Source: Mobula hypostoma
Lineage: Eukaryota
Length of the DNA stretch: 64,000 bases
Assembly (NCBI RefSeq): GCF_963921235.1
Contig: NC_086101.1
Span: 8,682,001-8,746,000, forward strand
Reading direction: 5' to 3'
In this document: in pieces, positions 63,266 to 64,000 of the stretch
Position numbering within the stretch: the stretch's first letter is position 1
Layout of the letters: the number at the start of each line of letters is the position of its first letter
Translations under genes and position numbers: made by a program
The notes under the pieces: generated by a model
Told to the model about the DNA's origin: nothing
What the model saw: the letters and a program-made list of their open reading frames with translations, nothing else
Databases searched by the model: none

Positions 63266-64000
63266 TAAAGGGGGTGGATGTCAGGGAGGAATTGCGAGAG
63301 GTGAAGGGCCGGCAAACCCAGCACCTTGCCGCCGAATCCTCCAAGATCATCTTCCGATCAAGGGTCCAAACCGTGGAGCAGGACGAGACGTGCTCACGCT
63401 TCTTCTTCCAGAAGGTGCACAGGGGGAGCTCTGTGATCCACAACCTTAAGGAAGAGGACGGCTCAGTCACGTCCTCGCAGACCGACATACTGAGGATCTG
63501 CAAGTCCTTCTATGCCGGTCTGTACGACGAAAAGGCTACAGAATCCACAGCCTCCCGCAACTTCCTCTCGTCTATCACGCAGGTATTAGACGACGGCAAG
63601 CGGGAGAGTCTGGATCAGCCACTGACCCTGGACGAGCTGACAGGCTCCATCCGTTCCTTTGGGTCGGGTAAGACTCCCGGAAGCGACGGCTTACCGGCTG
63701 AGTTGTACTCGGCTCTGTGGAACTGGATGGGCCCAGACCTGCTGGAAGTGTACAACGCTATGCTTCTGGCCGGCAGCATGTCAGAGTCCATGAGGAAGGG
63801 CATCATCACCCTCATCTACAAGCAGAAGGGGGAAAGGGATACCTTTAGGAATTGGAGGCCCATCTCTCTCCTGAATGTGGATTACAAGATCCTGTCCAAG
63901 GCTATCACCAACAGGGTCAAGTTTACTCTGGGACAGGTGATCCACCCGGACCAAACCTGTGCTGTTCCGGGCAGGAAGATCTCAGACAGCCTCACGCTGC
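63266..64000 (+). mobile_element. Young Tx1-like (L1 clade) ORF2, 5'-truncated, open to the window end
   Basis: Uninterrupted frame ..DETCSRFFF..KTPGSDGLPAELY..NWRPISLLNVDYKILSK..IHPDQTCAVPGR; GC- and CpG-rich. Confidence 0.9.

Noticed and set aside
1..64000. The many other short ORFs in the track
   Set aside because: They are antisense or alternative frames, or fragments, of CR1/L1/LTR/Penelope elements.

Overview
Vertebrate genomic DNA, inferred to be from a cartilaginous fish (probably a ray) from the CR1/L1/Tx1/Rex1/Penelope/SINE repertoire and the TRIM type. Most of the window is nested transposable elements. There is one intact host gene: a 6-exon RING-B-box-coiled-coil-PRY/SPRY TRIM on the minus strand (42516 to 31799, 471 aa, all GT-AG junctions in phase), with IRF-E/ISRE and ETS motifs just upstream. 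A roughly 10-14 kb block including the TRIM 3' flank occurs twice (about 14476-28525 and 52757-62758). This implies a tandem TRIM array with the next paralog beyond the right edge. Notable details: (1) a 1.2-kb non-autonomous Helitron carrying a self-contained 4x23-aa STPR-like mini-ORF and a promoter/exon-like CpG segment; (2) two independent 5'-inverted (twin-primed) L1s, one in intron 3 and one separating the TRIM stop codon from its original AATAAA; (3) a 5' half of tRNA-Lys(CTT) embedded in a solo LTR; (4) a solo LTR flanked by a 111-bp duplication instead of a 4-bp TSD; (5) Penelope-type minimal hammerhead ribozymes, one as a 132-bp insertion with a 12-bp TSD; (6) a 615-bp near-identical tract between the duplicated blocks. 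All alignments were done by eye. Boundaries without a TSD are approximate.
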